NCBI GenBank assembly: GCA_965214775.1
Contig: OZ243974.1
Span: 2,560,001-2,624,000, forward strand
Direction of reading: 5' to 3'
DNA from: Nitrosopumilus sp.
GTDB lineage: Archaea; Thermoproteota; Nitrososphaeria; Nitrososphaerales; Nitrosopumilaceae
Length of the DNA stretch: 64,000 nucleotides
Position 1 is the first letter of the stretch. Every line of letters starts with the position of its first letter. Both the position numbers and the translations under genes were made by a program. Below the pieces are notes generated by a model. It was not told where the DNA came from, did no database searches, and saw only the letters and a program-made list of their open reading frames with translations. Positions 1 through 9,929 of this stretch are shown piece after piece.

Positions 1-616
1 TTATCTGATCCTCGATTTTGTGGGCCTCGTCAAAAATAGAGACTTTTCTGTCAAGATAACCCTCAAACAATTTTTTGTTGAATTTCATTATTTGAAAAAA
101 AGCATGATAGTTCCAAAGGGAGTGCTTGGATACTAGCGCCTCGTATTTTTGGAGATAGTAATGGCAGGATTCCGAATCAAATGATTTTTCTTCAACCTGC
201 TGAATCGTAGGCTTGAATTGGCAGACTTTGATCACCTCTTTTCCGTTTTCATTGGTCCTTTCCTGGCATTGGCCCATGTCACACGTCAGTCCCCGGCGCA
301 TGGCGTGTCTGGAATCCTCTATTTTTTTAGCAGACATTAATTTCAGACAAGAAAAATTCTGCTTTCCCTTTACTGGCTTGAGATATGGGATGTCTTTGAT
401 GTATTGATCCTGCAGGTACTTTGAGGCAGTTACGGTAAATGAGCTATCAAAATAGTTGGATACAGCCGCTCCAACCAGTGACTTTCCAGCTCCAGTTGGG
501 GCACACAGGATGATTTTTTTGTACCCTGATTTTAACTTCTCTTCTATCTCCCCAAGTATCTCTTTTTGAATTTCTCTCGGAGTAAAATTTGAAGGGAATT
601 TTTCTAAAATAGACAG
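1..616 (-). CDS. Rad3/XPD/DinG-like SF2 helicase, N-terminal part (runs off window)
   Basis: Manual minus-strand translation SILEKFPSNFTPREIQKEIL...IILCAPTGAGKS...TASKYLQDQY (Q motif, Walker A, motif Ia); start codon uncertain. Confidence 0.8.
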   Translation of the reverse strand, partial: MSILEKFPSNFTPREIQKEILGEIEEKLKSGYKKIILCAPTGAGKSLVGAAVSNYFDSSFTVTASKYLQDQYIKDIPYLKPVKGKQNFSCLKLMSAKKIEDSRHAMRRGLTCDMGQCQERTNENGKEVIKVCQFKPTIQQVEEKSFDSESCHYYLQKYEALVSKHSLWNYHAFFQIMKFNKKLFEGYLDRKVSIFDEAHKIEDQI

Positions 617-719
617 GATGACTGTTCTTCCTTCAAATCAATATTAAAAGCATGAAGGTCTTGTCGTGATATCCTGTTCTTGCAATCTGATTTAATACAC
701 AGTGGGATCTCTGTAATTC

Positions 720-1037
720 ATGGAATTGCTAGACGATAAGATGAGGGTTTGGATTCAAAGTGCAAAATTTGTAAAACCCGTTCCGGGGGTTTATGTCCTG
801 TACAGCAAAAGCGAAGAGCCGATCTACATTGGCAAGACAGATAATTTGAAAGAGACCTTTACAAAATACGTGGATCAGGATTTTGATGGAAACGAATGCA
901 AGCAGAAAACTTCATCGTATCAGAGAGAATTTACAGACAGTCCGAAGGAAAGACATGCTCAGTTAATTGAAGACTTTAAAAAAGAATATGGAAAGTTTCC
1001 CTCATGTAATTCCCAAATCAAAGTAGAGACTCGATGA
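720..1037 (+). CDS. small GIY-YIG nuclease-like protein
   Basis: PGVYVLY...IYIGKTDNL motif, 105 aa. Confidence 0.75.
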   Translation: MELLDDKMRVWIQSAKFVKPVPGVYVLYSKSEEPIYIGKTDNLKETFTKYVDQDFDGNECKQKTSSYQREFTDSPKERHAQLIEDFKKEYGKFPSCNSQIKVETR

Positions 1038-1212
1038 CATTTAATGCATGCACCAAAGACCTGTCGGATTAATACAAAAAAATCAAAATTATTCCATGTC
1101 AAATGCAAGGATTTATGCCGGAATTGCAATTGGCGTATCAAGCATGACCGGGGGATTATGCTCATGTCTGGGACAGTCAACAAACCATCTTTCAGAAGAT
1201 GCAATTCCACAA

Positions 1213-1317
1213 GCAGTAGCAGTAGCAGCAGCAGTAGCAGCAGTAGTAGCAGCAGCAGTAGTAGCAGCAGCAGTAGCAGCAGCAGTAGCAGTAGCAGTAG
1301 CAGTAGCAGTAGCAGCA
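1213..1317. repeat. GCA/GTA trinucleotide microsatellite, 35 triplets
   Basis: Directly visible; generates spurious poly-Leu, poly-Ser and poly-Ala/Val ORFs. Confidence 0.95.
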
Positions 1318-1536
1318 ACAGACGAGGATGTTACAATCATCATCATTACAAATGATTTTGGATTTGCCACGGTTTTGAATAAAGAACAAGACGGCATCAT
1401 GACTCCGTTGCAGAGCTTGCTGGAAAAGCAAAGGGTTGAAATGAACCATGATCAAATTCAAGTATAACCAATTTTTACCTTACAATCTGAGAAGAAATCC
1501 TTGAAACTATTAATCTTAGATTGCCGTAATAGTATA

Positions 1537-1695
1537 ATGCATCAATGCTATTACTGCGAACAGATGTTTGATTCAAAAGAAGAACTATTTTATCATCTGG
1601 AAATTCATTCAGACGTTGAACGAAATAATGAGATGATGAATAGAAAAAAACAGGCTGAGGAAAAGAACAGGCAAGACCAAACTAAAAAAAATTAG
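1537..1695 (+). CDS. small C2H2 zinc-finger protein
   Basis: MHQCYYCEQMFDSKEELFYHLEIH = C-x2-C-x12-H-x3-H. Confidence 0.75.
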   Translation: MHQCYYCEQMFDSKEELFYHLEIHSDVERNNEMMNRKKQAEEKNRQDQTKKN

Positions 1696-1755
1696 AGTTG
1701 TTGTTAGGTTTTTACAAATTTAGGAATCCAAATAGCAATTCTGTGCTCATTTGGT

Positions 1756-2022
1756 ATGGATTGGGTAGAGACGCTGTTGAAGAAATCATGCGACAATACT
1801 TTGAGCAAAGGGGAAGTGTTGCACAGTCTATTTCACATGATTGAGGTAAATGAAAACATATTAAATCGTATTCAGTCAGACACCAGAGATTTTGGTCCAG
1901 AATTAGAAGAGTTAAAACAGACTGAAATCAAAGATTTGGATTTTCATTTAAAATATTACAGAAGTCTTGTAAATTATATCAATTCCATTCCAGAAAATGA
2001 AATTATTGAAAGACAATCCTGA
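1756..2022 (+). CDS. hypothetical protein
   Basis: 88-aa ORF with ATG start and host-like composition. Confidence 0.65.
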   Translation: MDWVETLLKKSCDNTLSKGEVLHSLFHMIEVNENILNRIQSDTRDFGPELEELKQTEIKDLDFHLKYYRSLVNYINSIPENEIIERQS

Positions 2023-2075
2023 GGCATCGGACTGTAGTAAACTCATAAAAAAAGGAATCATTTTGACCATTATTT

Positions 2076-2741
2076 TTGACCCAAAGATCTAAGATCTGGC
2101 AGGCCATACATACATGCATGACCAAAAAGACAGAATACGTGGAATCAAAGGGCAAGTTCCTGCCAAGCACAAGCCGTTCTTGCCTCCACAGGGCATGCAA
2201 AAAAAGAGACAGACCGGAGGGAGCGCGGCAGGCCAGCGCCTCAAGTGGCAGATGCATTGCGCCAAGGGGCCGGGGCCGCCGGAGGAGGAGGAGGCTGCCA
2301 GGCAGCATGACAGTCGGGTGGCAGAAACACGCCAGATTGCCGCCACATGCAAAAAGGAAGGATGCAACAGCTGTCCCACAAAGGTTGACAACGCCTCGGA
2401 GTTTCTCTACACGTTTACGACGCGTCCTGGGATGGATCCCACCCACCAACAACCTGGCCGAGCGTACGCTGAGGCCCGGCGTGATCGTGCGCAAGATACG
2501 GTTCGGACTGCGGACAAAAGAAGGACAGAAGATGTTCGGTAACATGTCGACGTGTATTGAAACATGGCGCCTCCGGGGGTGTAACGTTACGGAGATGATC
2601 AGGGAGGCGCTGACCAGAAACCCCGGGTACGTAGTCATCTGCCCCTAGCAATCCTGCACTAATCTGCCTGCAGTTGTGATTTTCATGCCTGAACAGACGG
2701 GGGGGTGTGACTTTAATTTTAGACAGGGACTAACCTGTTAC
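2076..2741 (+). mobile_element. degenerate IS66-family transposase 3' fragment with right end
   Basis: PPTNNLAERTLRPGVIVRKIRFGLRTKEG (IS66 C-terminal motif), frameshifted; ends in CCTGTTAC like the IS66-type MITE ends. Confidence 0.75.
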
Positions 2742-2914
2742 GATGGTCATTATACCCTATTAGCGAATGGAAAAAAGGATTGATCGAGATGTCCGACTTT
2801 ATGAGTACTGCCAGCTTCGGCCATGACGTCATGGAGTACCTCATGAATACGCCAAGATTTTCACGAACTTATGTTTTTCACCATACATTGTGTGCACGTT
2901 TGATCAAAATTTGC

Positions 2915-3006
2915 GCATGTGGTCACGTCCCTTGCTGGCCAAGTATGGAAATCCTAATCATACATGCCAATTCGTGCCTGATTGATGGGGGTAGGTGACC
3001 ACATAC
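2915..3006. mobile_element. MITE family C (GTATGTGGTCAC-type ends), 8-bp TSD AAATTTGC
   Basis: GCATGTGGTCAC...GTGACCACATAC; AAATTTGC at 2907-2914 and 3007-3014; homologous to 5843 and 42863 copies. Confidence 0.85.
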
Positions 3007-3311
3007 AAATTTGCCAATTTCGAATCAACTCTCAGGCATGCTGATCGATTCAATAATCTGAATTTGTCTATCCATAATCCGAATCTGATAATTTCGAATC
3101 GACTATCTTGGAGCGCGTGCTAAAATCACTGTTGCGACCTGATGAAGATCAGCAACAGAACAGCTGCAAACGGAGCGCTTGATTTCCAATTTCGGATCAG
3201 CTCCAAGGCATTCTGGAATTAGATGTCCATGTGACTGATCGCTAGGTAAGTATTTGTGTAGCACTGGGTTAATTTTTCGTATCCATACATATGTAAAAAG
3301 AATGATTCGGT

Positions 3312-3704
3312 ATGCATGGTATGTACTCTGAGTTGGACAAGTTGTTTACATGCGACAACTGTGGTGCCGAGATCAGGACAGAAGGCGACGTGTACAGTTG
3401 CGGCATGTGTGGGTACGAGTTTGACGGCCCGGTCAATATATCGATATCAGAAGGCACAGGAGAGAGCGCCTTTAAGAAAAAAACAAGGGCAGTAAAGAAA
3501 AAAAACAAGCACGTATGCAGATCCACCTGCCACAAATACGAGACCACATATGCCAAGATGGGCAAGGGTGCGGCATATTGCAACGTATGTGACAAGTACG
3601 TCAAAGTTGAAGAGCCCTACGCGCCTTGTCCGTGCTGTGGAGCAAGCAAAAGCATGCGACGTAAGACTTGGAGAAACAAAGACAGAGGATTTGGCAGACA
3701 CTAG
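3312..3704 (+). CDS. multi-CxxC zinc-ribbon protein, basic
   Basis: CDNC, CGMC, CRSTC, CNVC, CPCC motifs in 130 aa. Confidence 0.6.
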   Translation: MHGMYSELDKLFTCDNCGAEIRTEGDVYSCGMCGYEFDGPVNISISEGTGESAFKKKTRAVKKKNKHVCRSTCHKYETTYAKMGKGAAYCNVCDKYVKVEEPYAPCPCCGASKSMRRKTWRNKDRGFGRH

Positions 3705-3913
3705 GATCACAACCTGCTGATTTTCAGATATGATGACATGGGTGGTTGTCCAATTTTGTTTTCTATGGGAGTGATTCAAAATTGCATCAGAATACACCCC
3801 CGTGTCTTCTTGTTCTACAGGGGTTGTCGCCTAATTCCACCCGGGCCTGATTCAATCTGTTTTATGCAAATTTGTTTGCAAATAATCAGAATTTGCTAAT
3901 TTTGAATCAATTC

Positions 3914-3996
3914 TATAGCAACGGGCATAAGTCTTTGAGTCAAAGTAGGTCATAACTACGCGTAAAAAACCTCAATTATTTCTGCTCGTTGCTATA
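3914..3996 (+). mobile_element. MITE family B (IS630-derived, TA TSD)
   Basis: TA-TAGCAAC...GTTGCTA-TA; copies at 10209, 53644, 59125, 61216. Confidence 0.9.
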
Positions 3997-4087
3997 TGTT
4001 ATGCCGCCGCCATCCCGTGCATGAGCCTAGTCCAATGTCAACAGGCCAGCCAAAATATTTTTGTATTAAAACGCCAATGAAATAATC

Positions 4088-4291
4088 TTGTTGATAATTT
4101 GCAAGGGGACTAGAAAAGGTTCAAAATTAGAAAAATGTGATTTTCTCTATGATGGAAACTGGGGAGACAGACAGTTAGAAGAACATCAAAAATTCCATGA
4201 ATCGCAGTTAAAAGACACATCATGCTGGCTTGGATTTGACATACAACAATCATTTGGCAAATTTAGTGGAAGAGACGGGAAGCGAAATTAG
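4088..4291 (+). CDS. small hypothetical protein
   Basis: 67-aa ORF with Cys/His pattern (C...C...HQKFH). Confidence 0.55.
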   Translation: MLIICKGTRKGSKLEKCDFLYDGNWGDRQLEEHQKFHESQLKDTSCWLGFDIQQSFGKFSGRDGKRN

Positions 4292-4340
4292 TTTTTGAGA
4301 AAACCCCAATAATTTTATGTTAATTCTACTGGTTTCCACT

Positions 4341-4874
4341 ATGGGTAAAAAAGATCTTGTTGTTTGGTCTAAAGATCAACTATTGTCATGGTCTGATTTT
4401 AAAGCCGAGTCCAATCCTGCAGCTTATGAGAATTCTCACAGTTACATAAAATATCACCACACATGGACTGTGAACTCTGAAAAAATGGGACGTGAGGTCT
4501 TCTTTTACATAGAAAATCTCCAAATTCATGTTCATTTTCATACCTTGTTATCCTGGGTGCGAGAGTCTGAAATGTCTGACTTTCTTTTATTGCACGAACA
4601 AGGCCACTTTGATTTAGCTGAAAAAATACGTCAAGAAAATGTTCAAAAAATTCAGGATGTTTTTTATGGGAAAAAATTTTCGATCAGAGGACAGAATGAA
4701 GAGCAAATAAGACAAAATGCAAAAGAAGACTCGGGAATAATGATTTCACAAGAAATTGAAAAGTTAGAAAAAATTCTATCTCAAAGAAGAAAAGAGTATG
4801 ATTCGTTAACTGATTTTGGAAGTAAGAATTTTGAACAGCAAAAATTCAACCAAACATTTTCATCACTGCACTGA
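4341..4874 (+). CDS. DUF922-like putative Zn metallopeptidase
   Basis: LSWSDFK and LLLHEQGHFDLAE (HExxH) motifs. Confidence 0.75.
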   Translation: MGKKDLVVWSKDQLLSWSDFKAESNPAAYENSHSYIKYHHTWTVNSEKMGREVFFYIENLQIHVHFHTLLSWVRESEMSDFLLLHEQGHFDLAEKIRQENVQKIQDVFYGKKFSIRGQNEEQIRQNAKEDSGIMISQEIEKLEKILSQRRKEYDSLTDFGSKNFEQQKFNQTFSSLH

Positions 4875-4957
4875 TTTGGTTGAAGTGCATGCGGTTATCT
4901 TAATCATAACTTGCAAAAAATCTGTTCATAAAGACAATGTGTTATGAAAAGGCAAAC

Positions 4958-5048
4958 GTAAGAGTTTATCCCTCACCTGAGATACGGCGGGTCAGGCGTG
5001 ATCATGAAGGTTCCAGACAGCAGTGACGCCTAAGGGATAAACTCGTAC
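4958..5048. mobile_element. MITE family F (GTAAGAGTTTA ends), 8-bp TSD AGGCAAAC, inside an IS630 remnant
   Basis: AGGCAAAC at 4950-4957 and 5049-5056; flanks read CYEKANS...RFGKI.IFVDNASHRKSK; homologue at 42030. Confidence 0.85.
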
Positions 5049-5435
5049 AGGCAAACAGCGCCGACGGCAGCTCTTGATCTTCCAAACGGATGTACAAAAG
5101 ATTCGGAAAGATATGATATTTGTGGACAACGCCTCGCACCGCAAGTCAAAGGCACCGTATTACGTCCTCAGATTTCTAGGCGCAAAACAACCATCCGAAT
5201 TTCCTAGGAGTGTCTGATTTTATTGAGGGCATGATGTCGCACAGTTAAAGAAGGCAAAAAGGCATCAGAGGAATCGACGGCGACATAATACTGCAGTGCC
5301 TCAATGACGTGATCAAGCGCTGCATCTCAGACTATGGGATGATGCCAAAACCCCCTCCGCCGGTGCCTCCATGAGTTACTTCTGGGAAGACTGTACTGAG
5401 AGTTTGATTTAAAATTAGCAGATTTACAACTGAAC

Positions 5436-5532
5436 GGGTTCTGAAAGCCGTCTCGGATTTTAGGCACAAATTCTGTTTGAACAGCCCTTTTTGGTGGCAA
5501 AATTTCTGCCTGAACTTCCAGAGCCTGAGATG
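5436..5532. mobile_element. degenerate MITE family E copy
   Basis: Internal sequence GATTTTAGGCACAAATTCTGTTTGAACAG...GAACTTCCAGAGCC matches the 35783 copy; ends eroded. Confidence 0.7.
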
Positions 5533-5842
5533 TTGTTTGCAAACACCTGTTTGAAATTATCAAAAAAATGAAATTTATTTTTGGAATCTTTGTAATACAT
5601 CTTATCAACATGTGATACAAACTATATCATGAGACAAAATTCTGAAAAATACAATTTATGTACAAAATGTAACCAGATATCATTTTCTTGTGACTGTGAA
5701 TGTGCGTTTTGTGGAAAAAAGGAAGAATGTGACTGTGAATCGGTGCCCATAATAATTCCATAGCTTTTCTCAGGCTCGATGAAAAATTTTTCATGTAAAA
5801 GATGATAAAAAATTTACTTTGTTTCAGCAATACTCTTTTTTC

Positions 5843-5934
5843 GTATGTGGTCACCTACCCCTATCAATTAGGCATGAATTGGCATGTACAATGTGATTTT
5901 CGTGCCTAGATAGCAAGGGGACGTGACCACGTAC
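5843..5934. mobile_element. MITE family C, 8-bp TSD CTTTTTTC
   Basis: GTATGTGGTCAC...GTGACCACGTAC with CTTTTTTC at 5835-5842 and 5935-5942. Confidence 0.9.
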
Positions 5935-5953
5935 CTTTTTTCCAACCGTGGTA

Positions 5954-6200
5954 ATGTCAACAATTAAAGCACATTATATCAAAGCACGAAAAAAGGTATC
6001 AATGAAAAACCCTCAACCATATCTGATGAAAAATGGCACATGGGCACTAAAAGGGACTAGCACAGACAGGAATGAAAATATTCAAGATTGTGGACAAGAC
6101 TAGGCCTGAAATAAAAAATTTCCGTTTCTCATCATTCATGAGTCTGTTTACAGACAGACAATGCAAGAGTCAAAAAACATGCCAGTCTAAATTTTTGTGA
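5954..6200 (+). pseudogene. DUF5679/Cc1-like small basic protein, apparently frameshifted
   Basis: MSTIKAHYIKARKKVSMKNPQPYLMKNGTWALKGTSTD then TGMKIFKIV in another frame; not in ORF track. Confidence 0.5.
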
Positions 6201-6288
6201 ATTGCAAGATTTGAGAGATCATGGAGATCATCCAGCTGAGCGTTGAGTTTTTTTTAAGAATTAAATTTGATATGATTTCAGAAAGAAC

Positions 6289-6789
6289 ATGTCTTTTGAG
6301 ATTGACTGGAAAAGAAATTTTTATGGAATTTCTTGGGCGTATGAAAAGGACAGACTAGTTATCTCCACGGTATTTGAGGATAAAAAAGAAGCAATGTTGG
6401 TTGCCAAAGAAGTTGAAGATTGGAGTGATAGATTTACAAGATTAACAATCATAGAAAAGGCAAACGATGAGTTTGCAATTTGTTGCTACCAAGATCCGCA
6501 AATTTCCAAAAAGAAAAACCATGTCGGATTGTTTAGAACCGGAATGAGACAAAGTGGAGGATATAAACAAGCCAAACCGATGATCGAAGAAAAATCCCCG
6601 TTATTACAAATCGCATATGCCGCAGATGCAAGAGACATGAACACGTATGAGCAAATTTCAAGACTGGTTCCAATGCGAAAATGCAGAATTATCTCAGAAA
6701 AAGACTTGAAAAAACAAGAGTACTTTTACGAAAAAACCGCAAATTTTGAAAGTCATGGAAAAATGACGGGGTTCAAACCAGAAATTTGA
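6289..6789 (+). CDS. hypothetical protein
   Basis: 166-aa ORF with ATG start. Confidence 0.75.
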   Translation: MSFEIDWKRNFYGISWAYEKDRLVISTVFEDKKEAMLVAKEVEDWSDRFTRLTIIEKANDEFAICCYQDPQISKKKNHVGLFRTGMRQSGGYKQAKPMIEEKSPLLQIAYAADARDMNTYEQISRLVPMRKCRIISEKDLKKQEYFYEKTANFESHGKMTGFKPEI

Positions 6790-6924
6790 ATCTGGCACCG
6801 TCCATGATCATCCGTATCACATGTGAAAAAAATCGAATCTGAAGAAGATCCATATTTCAGGTCTCGAAGATTACACAGAACCCCCCACAACACTCTTTAT
6901 ATTCATAAATGACCTCTTACATAT

Positions 6925-7560
6925 ATGGCAATGGTAAACGAGCTGAAGAACCCGTTTGATTATTTTAGATCTGAGTTGGAGAACGTTTTTGGAGTTGAAC
7001 AAAAACAGCTAAACGCATTGATCAGCGCCTACAATAAAACCGGTTATAACACACCGCTCAAAAAACTTGCCGAGATGCTTGGATCTGAAAACGACTATGG
7101 TTTTGCTGAGGTGCATATATTTCCCCTTTGTTGTGTTTCTTACGAATATTTTCAAAGCAAAGACAATACCAATACATTCCTAGCAAAGTCAAACCTCACA
7201 CCAAAAACCAAGAAATCTATCAAGTATTTTTTTTCCAAACTAACTGATAAAGGGCTGCGTGGCTTGGAAGTTCAATATCATGTTTATGGAAACCTGTTTG
7301 ATTTCCAAGCACTGGATCCTATAAGCGACAATAACATACTACTAGAAATAAAAGATCAGTCTAACAAAGCCGTCTGCTATCTTCCTGTTACTAGAATCAC
7401 GTTTGCCCGTGGTGGCGACGATGAAAAAACAATATCGTCTGAATTTTCTCAGGATAGGCTGGCTCATCTCATCTCAACACTACAGTCAATTTATGATAGA
7501 AACTCCGCACTGACTAAAACATATAAAAAATCCATAAAAGACCTGCCTGTGATTGAATAA
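6925..7560 (+). CDS. hypothetical protein, candidate prokaryotic COMMD-like protein
   Basis: 211 aa; helical N-terminus and C-terminal YLPVTRITF...TISSEFSQDRLAHLISTLQSIY resembling a COMM domain; TTTATA at about 6896. Confidence 0.6.
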   Translation: MAMVNELKNPFDYFRSELENVFGVEQKQLNALISAYNKTGYNTPLKKLAEMLGSENDYGFAEVHIFPLCCVSYEYFQSKDNTNTFLAKSNLTPKTKKSIKYFFSKLTDKGLRGLEVQYHVYGNLFDFQALDPISDNNILLEIKDQSNKAVCYLPVTRITFARGGDDEKTISSEFSQDRLAHLISTLQSIYDRNSALTKTYKKSIKDLPVIE

Positions 7561-7562
7561 AA

Positions 7563-8291
7563 ATGATGTCATATGCACAAGCTAGCACATCTGGAATCTC
7601 AAGGTCTCATTCTAGACGCTATCGACTTGTACGGGTAAAAACCAAGCACAAATCATCTAGCACATACGTACGATCTGGACTGTCGCCTAATTCATTAGAA
7701 TTCTTGAAGACCAAGGATACCATCAGGATTAGGCGTGCAAAAGTGGTGAAAATTCAGAAAATCGTACTGGCTGGATCAAACAAGCGGAACTATGCAACAA
7801 CTTCCATACGAGCGGATTCGAAAGAGAGAGTGGCCTATGTAAGGAAATTCTTTAGAAACCGTCCCAGAGTACAGCCCCATCGGGAATCAAAAACAAAAGA
7901 AATCCGTCGTTACATACAAACTCAGCAATGGGACAAGCTGGTTCCCTACGTGGATGAACTAATCCAGCAAATAGATCTGGGTGCAGTCGCCCTGCCCCTC
8001 ATATCAAAATTATTGGACTCTGTCACGCAGGACTATGCAGTCATGGAAAAAAATGCATTCATGCACGAGGTAATCCAGTCAGTCACCATTTTACTAAAGG
8101 ATGTCATGATATCTGCAATACAAAACAACACCGTTGACGCCATCAATAGTGCAAAACGCATCAGGGAAATTCTGCTGGCCGCGCAAGAAGTTTCTCGCGT
8201 TGCATCAGAGGAAGGCCTGTCTCCCTTGCCAGTGTCTAAACTAGTTCAAATTGACGTGATAAAAGGCAGGCCAATATATGCCCTCAAATAA
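7563..8291 (+). CDS. hypothetical protein, Arg/Lys-rich N-half and helical C-half
   Basis: 242-aa ORF starting 2 bp after the previous stop and overlapping the next gene. Confidence 0.65.
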   Translation: MMSYAQASTSGISRSHSRRYRLVRVKTKHKSSSTYVRSGLSPNSLEFLKTKDTIRIRRAKVVKIQKIVLAGSNKRNYATTSIRADSKERVAYVRKFFRNRPRVQPHRESKTKEIRRYIQTQQWDKLVPYVDELIQQIDLGAVALPLISKLLDSVTQDYAVMEKNAFMHEVIQSVTILLKDVMISAIQNNTVDAINSAKRIREILLAAQEVSRVASEEGLSPLPVSKLVQIDVIKGRPIYALK

Positions 8292-8634
8292 AGAAATCGT
8301 ACTAGTCAAGGATGGCGGTTCATATCCCGACAAGGTCATGCATGAGGGTGATTCACTAGGCATAGGTACTCAAACCCATTCCTTCTATTGGAAAAAGGAG
8401 GGGCCTCAAAACCACGACTATGAACCTCTTGCCATACTGTCTGCTGAAAGGTGTGGGCTGTCCAGATACCACTATCGAGGATTGGTCGTATGGAAAGACT
8501 ACACCGTTAAAAACGGCAAGCCGATAGCGTCATTTGCCCGGGTCTGGCACACCCCCGTTCTGTGCTCTACACATAAGATCACTTATTCTCAGCCATCGGA
8601 TGTTATTGATCGTTTAAAATTAATTGGGTATTTA

Positions 8635-9929
8635 GGCGTTGTCCGGAATCGTGATTTTAGGACGTGATTTCCGGGGAGATTTGTACAAAATCATGGCGCA
8701 ATGACTGCAAACATAGAGACGAATCCGCACTCCGGCCCGCATTGTGCAGTTATGGCCCGTGTTTTGACGTCATACTGCATAGCATCCGCTAGCCGGACGA
8801 TTCCACCGTACCGGCATTATGGATCCTAGCTGACCAGATTGTAGCAGAATACCTTGAGGGTAAGCCTGAGCGACTGCATCGGAAGCGACATGGCGCGCAC
8901 CGTGGAGTCAAACCTTGCCTTTATCGACGAGAAGGCCGACTCAACGAGGCTGCGCTGGTGGTACGTCTTCTCGAATCCCTCGGGGTCCTTTTTGTGCCAT
9001 CTTAGCATCTTGGAGCGGGCGTTGAACCCGTGAACCGTATATCCTGTACGCGGACATATCACTGGGGTTCTGCCTCCGTCGGCTATGACCCTGCAGTTCT
9101 CATACGAGTCGTATGCGGCATCCAGGATCACGTGTCCTGTGCCGTTGGGAACCTGCGGTAGCAGCTCGTTACGGAACACCGGGGAATCATGGAATTCGCC
9201 CGGCGTCACCTCGCAGGCGGCAATCTTGCCGTGCGGGGCCAACAGTATGTGCAGCTTGGCAAACATCTGCCTGGATATGACGCCCTTCTTTGCGTCCTCC
9301 CATGTGTGGTATCTCATTATGGAGAAACCGCTAGAGTCGCCAAGCAACGTTCCCCTGGCGTCTGCGCCTGCCTGTTCTGAGAGTACCGATCTTAGCACCG
9401 ACTTGTCCCAGGCAGCTATCCTTACGGCTGCATCATGCAGTGTCGACTTGGCCGGAACCTTTTTGAGCCCGTACATGTTAGTTGAACCAGGATTCGACTC
9501 CATGTATTCGACGTGCCTGCGATACGAGTTTCCGCGGTACTCCATGTCGAGTACGCACAGAAGATAGGGAATTTCATCCTCTTGCTCTGTGTTATGGAGG
9601 AGGGACAGGAGGATCTTGCGGATCTTTTTGATTCCGATGCCGCACCTCTTGCTGTCCTCTCTCCTTTTTTTCTCGTACTCGGCATAGTATTCCGGAGGTC
9701 TCGTGTACTCTGACTTTTTTTTCTTGCTGGTCTTGCTGGATTCCTTCTTGGATTCCTTCTTGGATTCCTTCTTGGATTCCTTCTTGGATTCCTTCTTGGA
9801 TTCCTTCTTGTTGGTCTTTGATTTCATTGATACGGGGACGTCGATCCTATGATCCATAAGGTTGTCGCATCCTGCGCTTATGATCTATAAGCTTATCGGT
9901 AGATTTCTGGAAAAATTCCGGACAACGCC
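8635..9929 (-). mobile_element. IS5-family element, 15-bp TIR GGCGTTGTCCGGAAT, 9-bp TSD GGGTATTTA
   Basis: TIRs and TSD (8626-8634, 9930-9938) read directly. Confidence 0.9.
8826..9857 (-). CDS. IS5-family DDE transposase with (KKES)6 tract
   Basis: GDSSG, KLH, HDSP, LDAAYD, YHQRSLVESAFSSIK motifs; 12-bp unit x6 at 9738-9809. Confidence 0.85.
   Translation of the reverse strand: MDHRIDVPVSMKSKTNKKESKKESKKESKKESKKESKKESSKTSKKKKSEYTRPPEYYAEYEKKRREDSKRCGIGIKKIRKILLSLLHNTEQEDEIPYLLCVLDMEYRGNSYRRHVEYMESNPGSTNMYGLKKVPAKSTLHDAAVRIAAWDKSVLRSVLSEQAGADARGTLLGDSSGFSIMRYHTWEDAKKGVISRQMFAKLHILLAPHGKIAACEVTPGEFHDSPVFRNELLPQVPNGTGHVILDAAYDSYENCRVIADGGRTPVICPRTGYTVHGFNARSKMLRWHKKDPEGFEKTYHQRSLVESAFSSIKARFDSTVRAMSLPMQSLRLTLKVFCYNLVS

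Noticed and set aside
959-1461. Poly-Leu, poly-Ser and poly-Cys/Tyr ORFs
   Set aside because: Products of the stop-free GCA/GTA microsatellite
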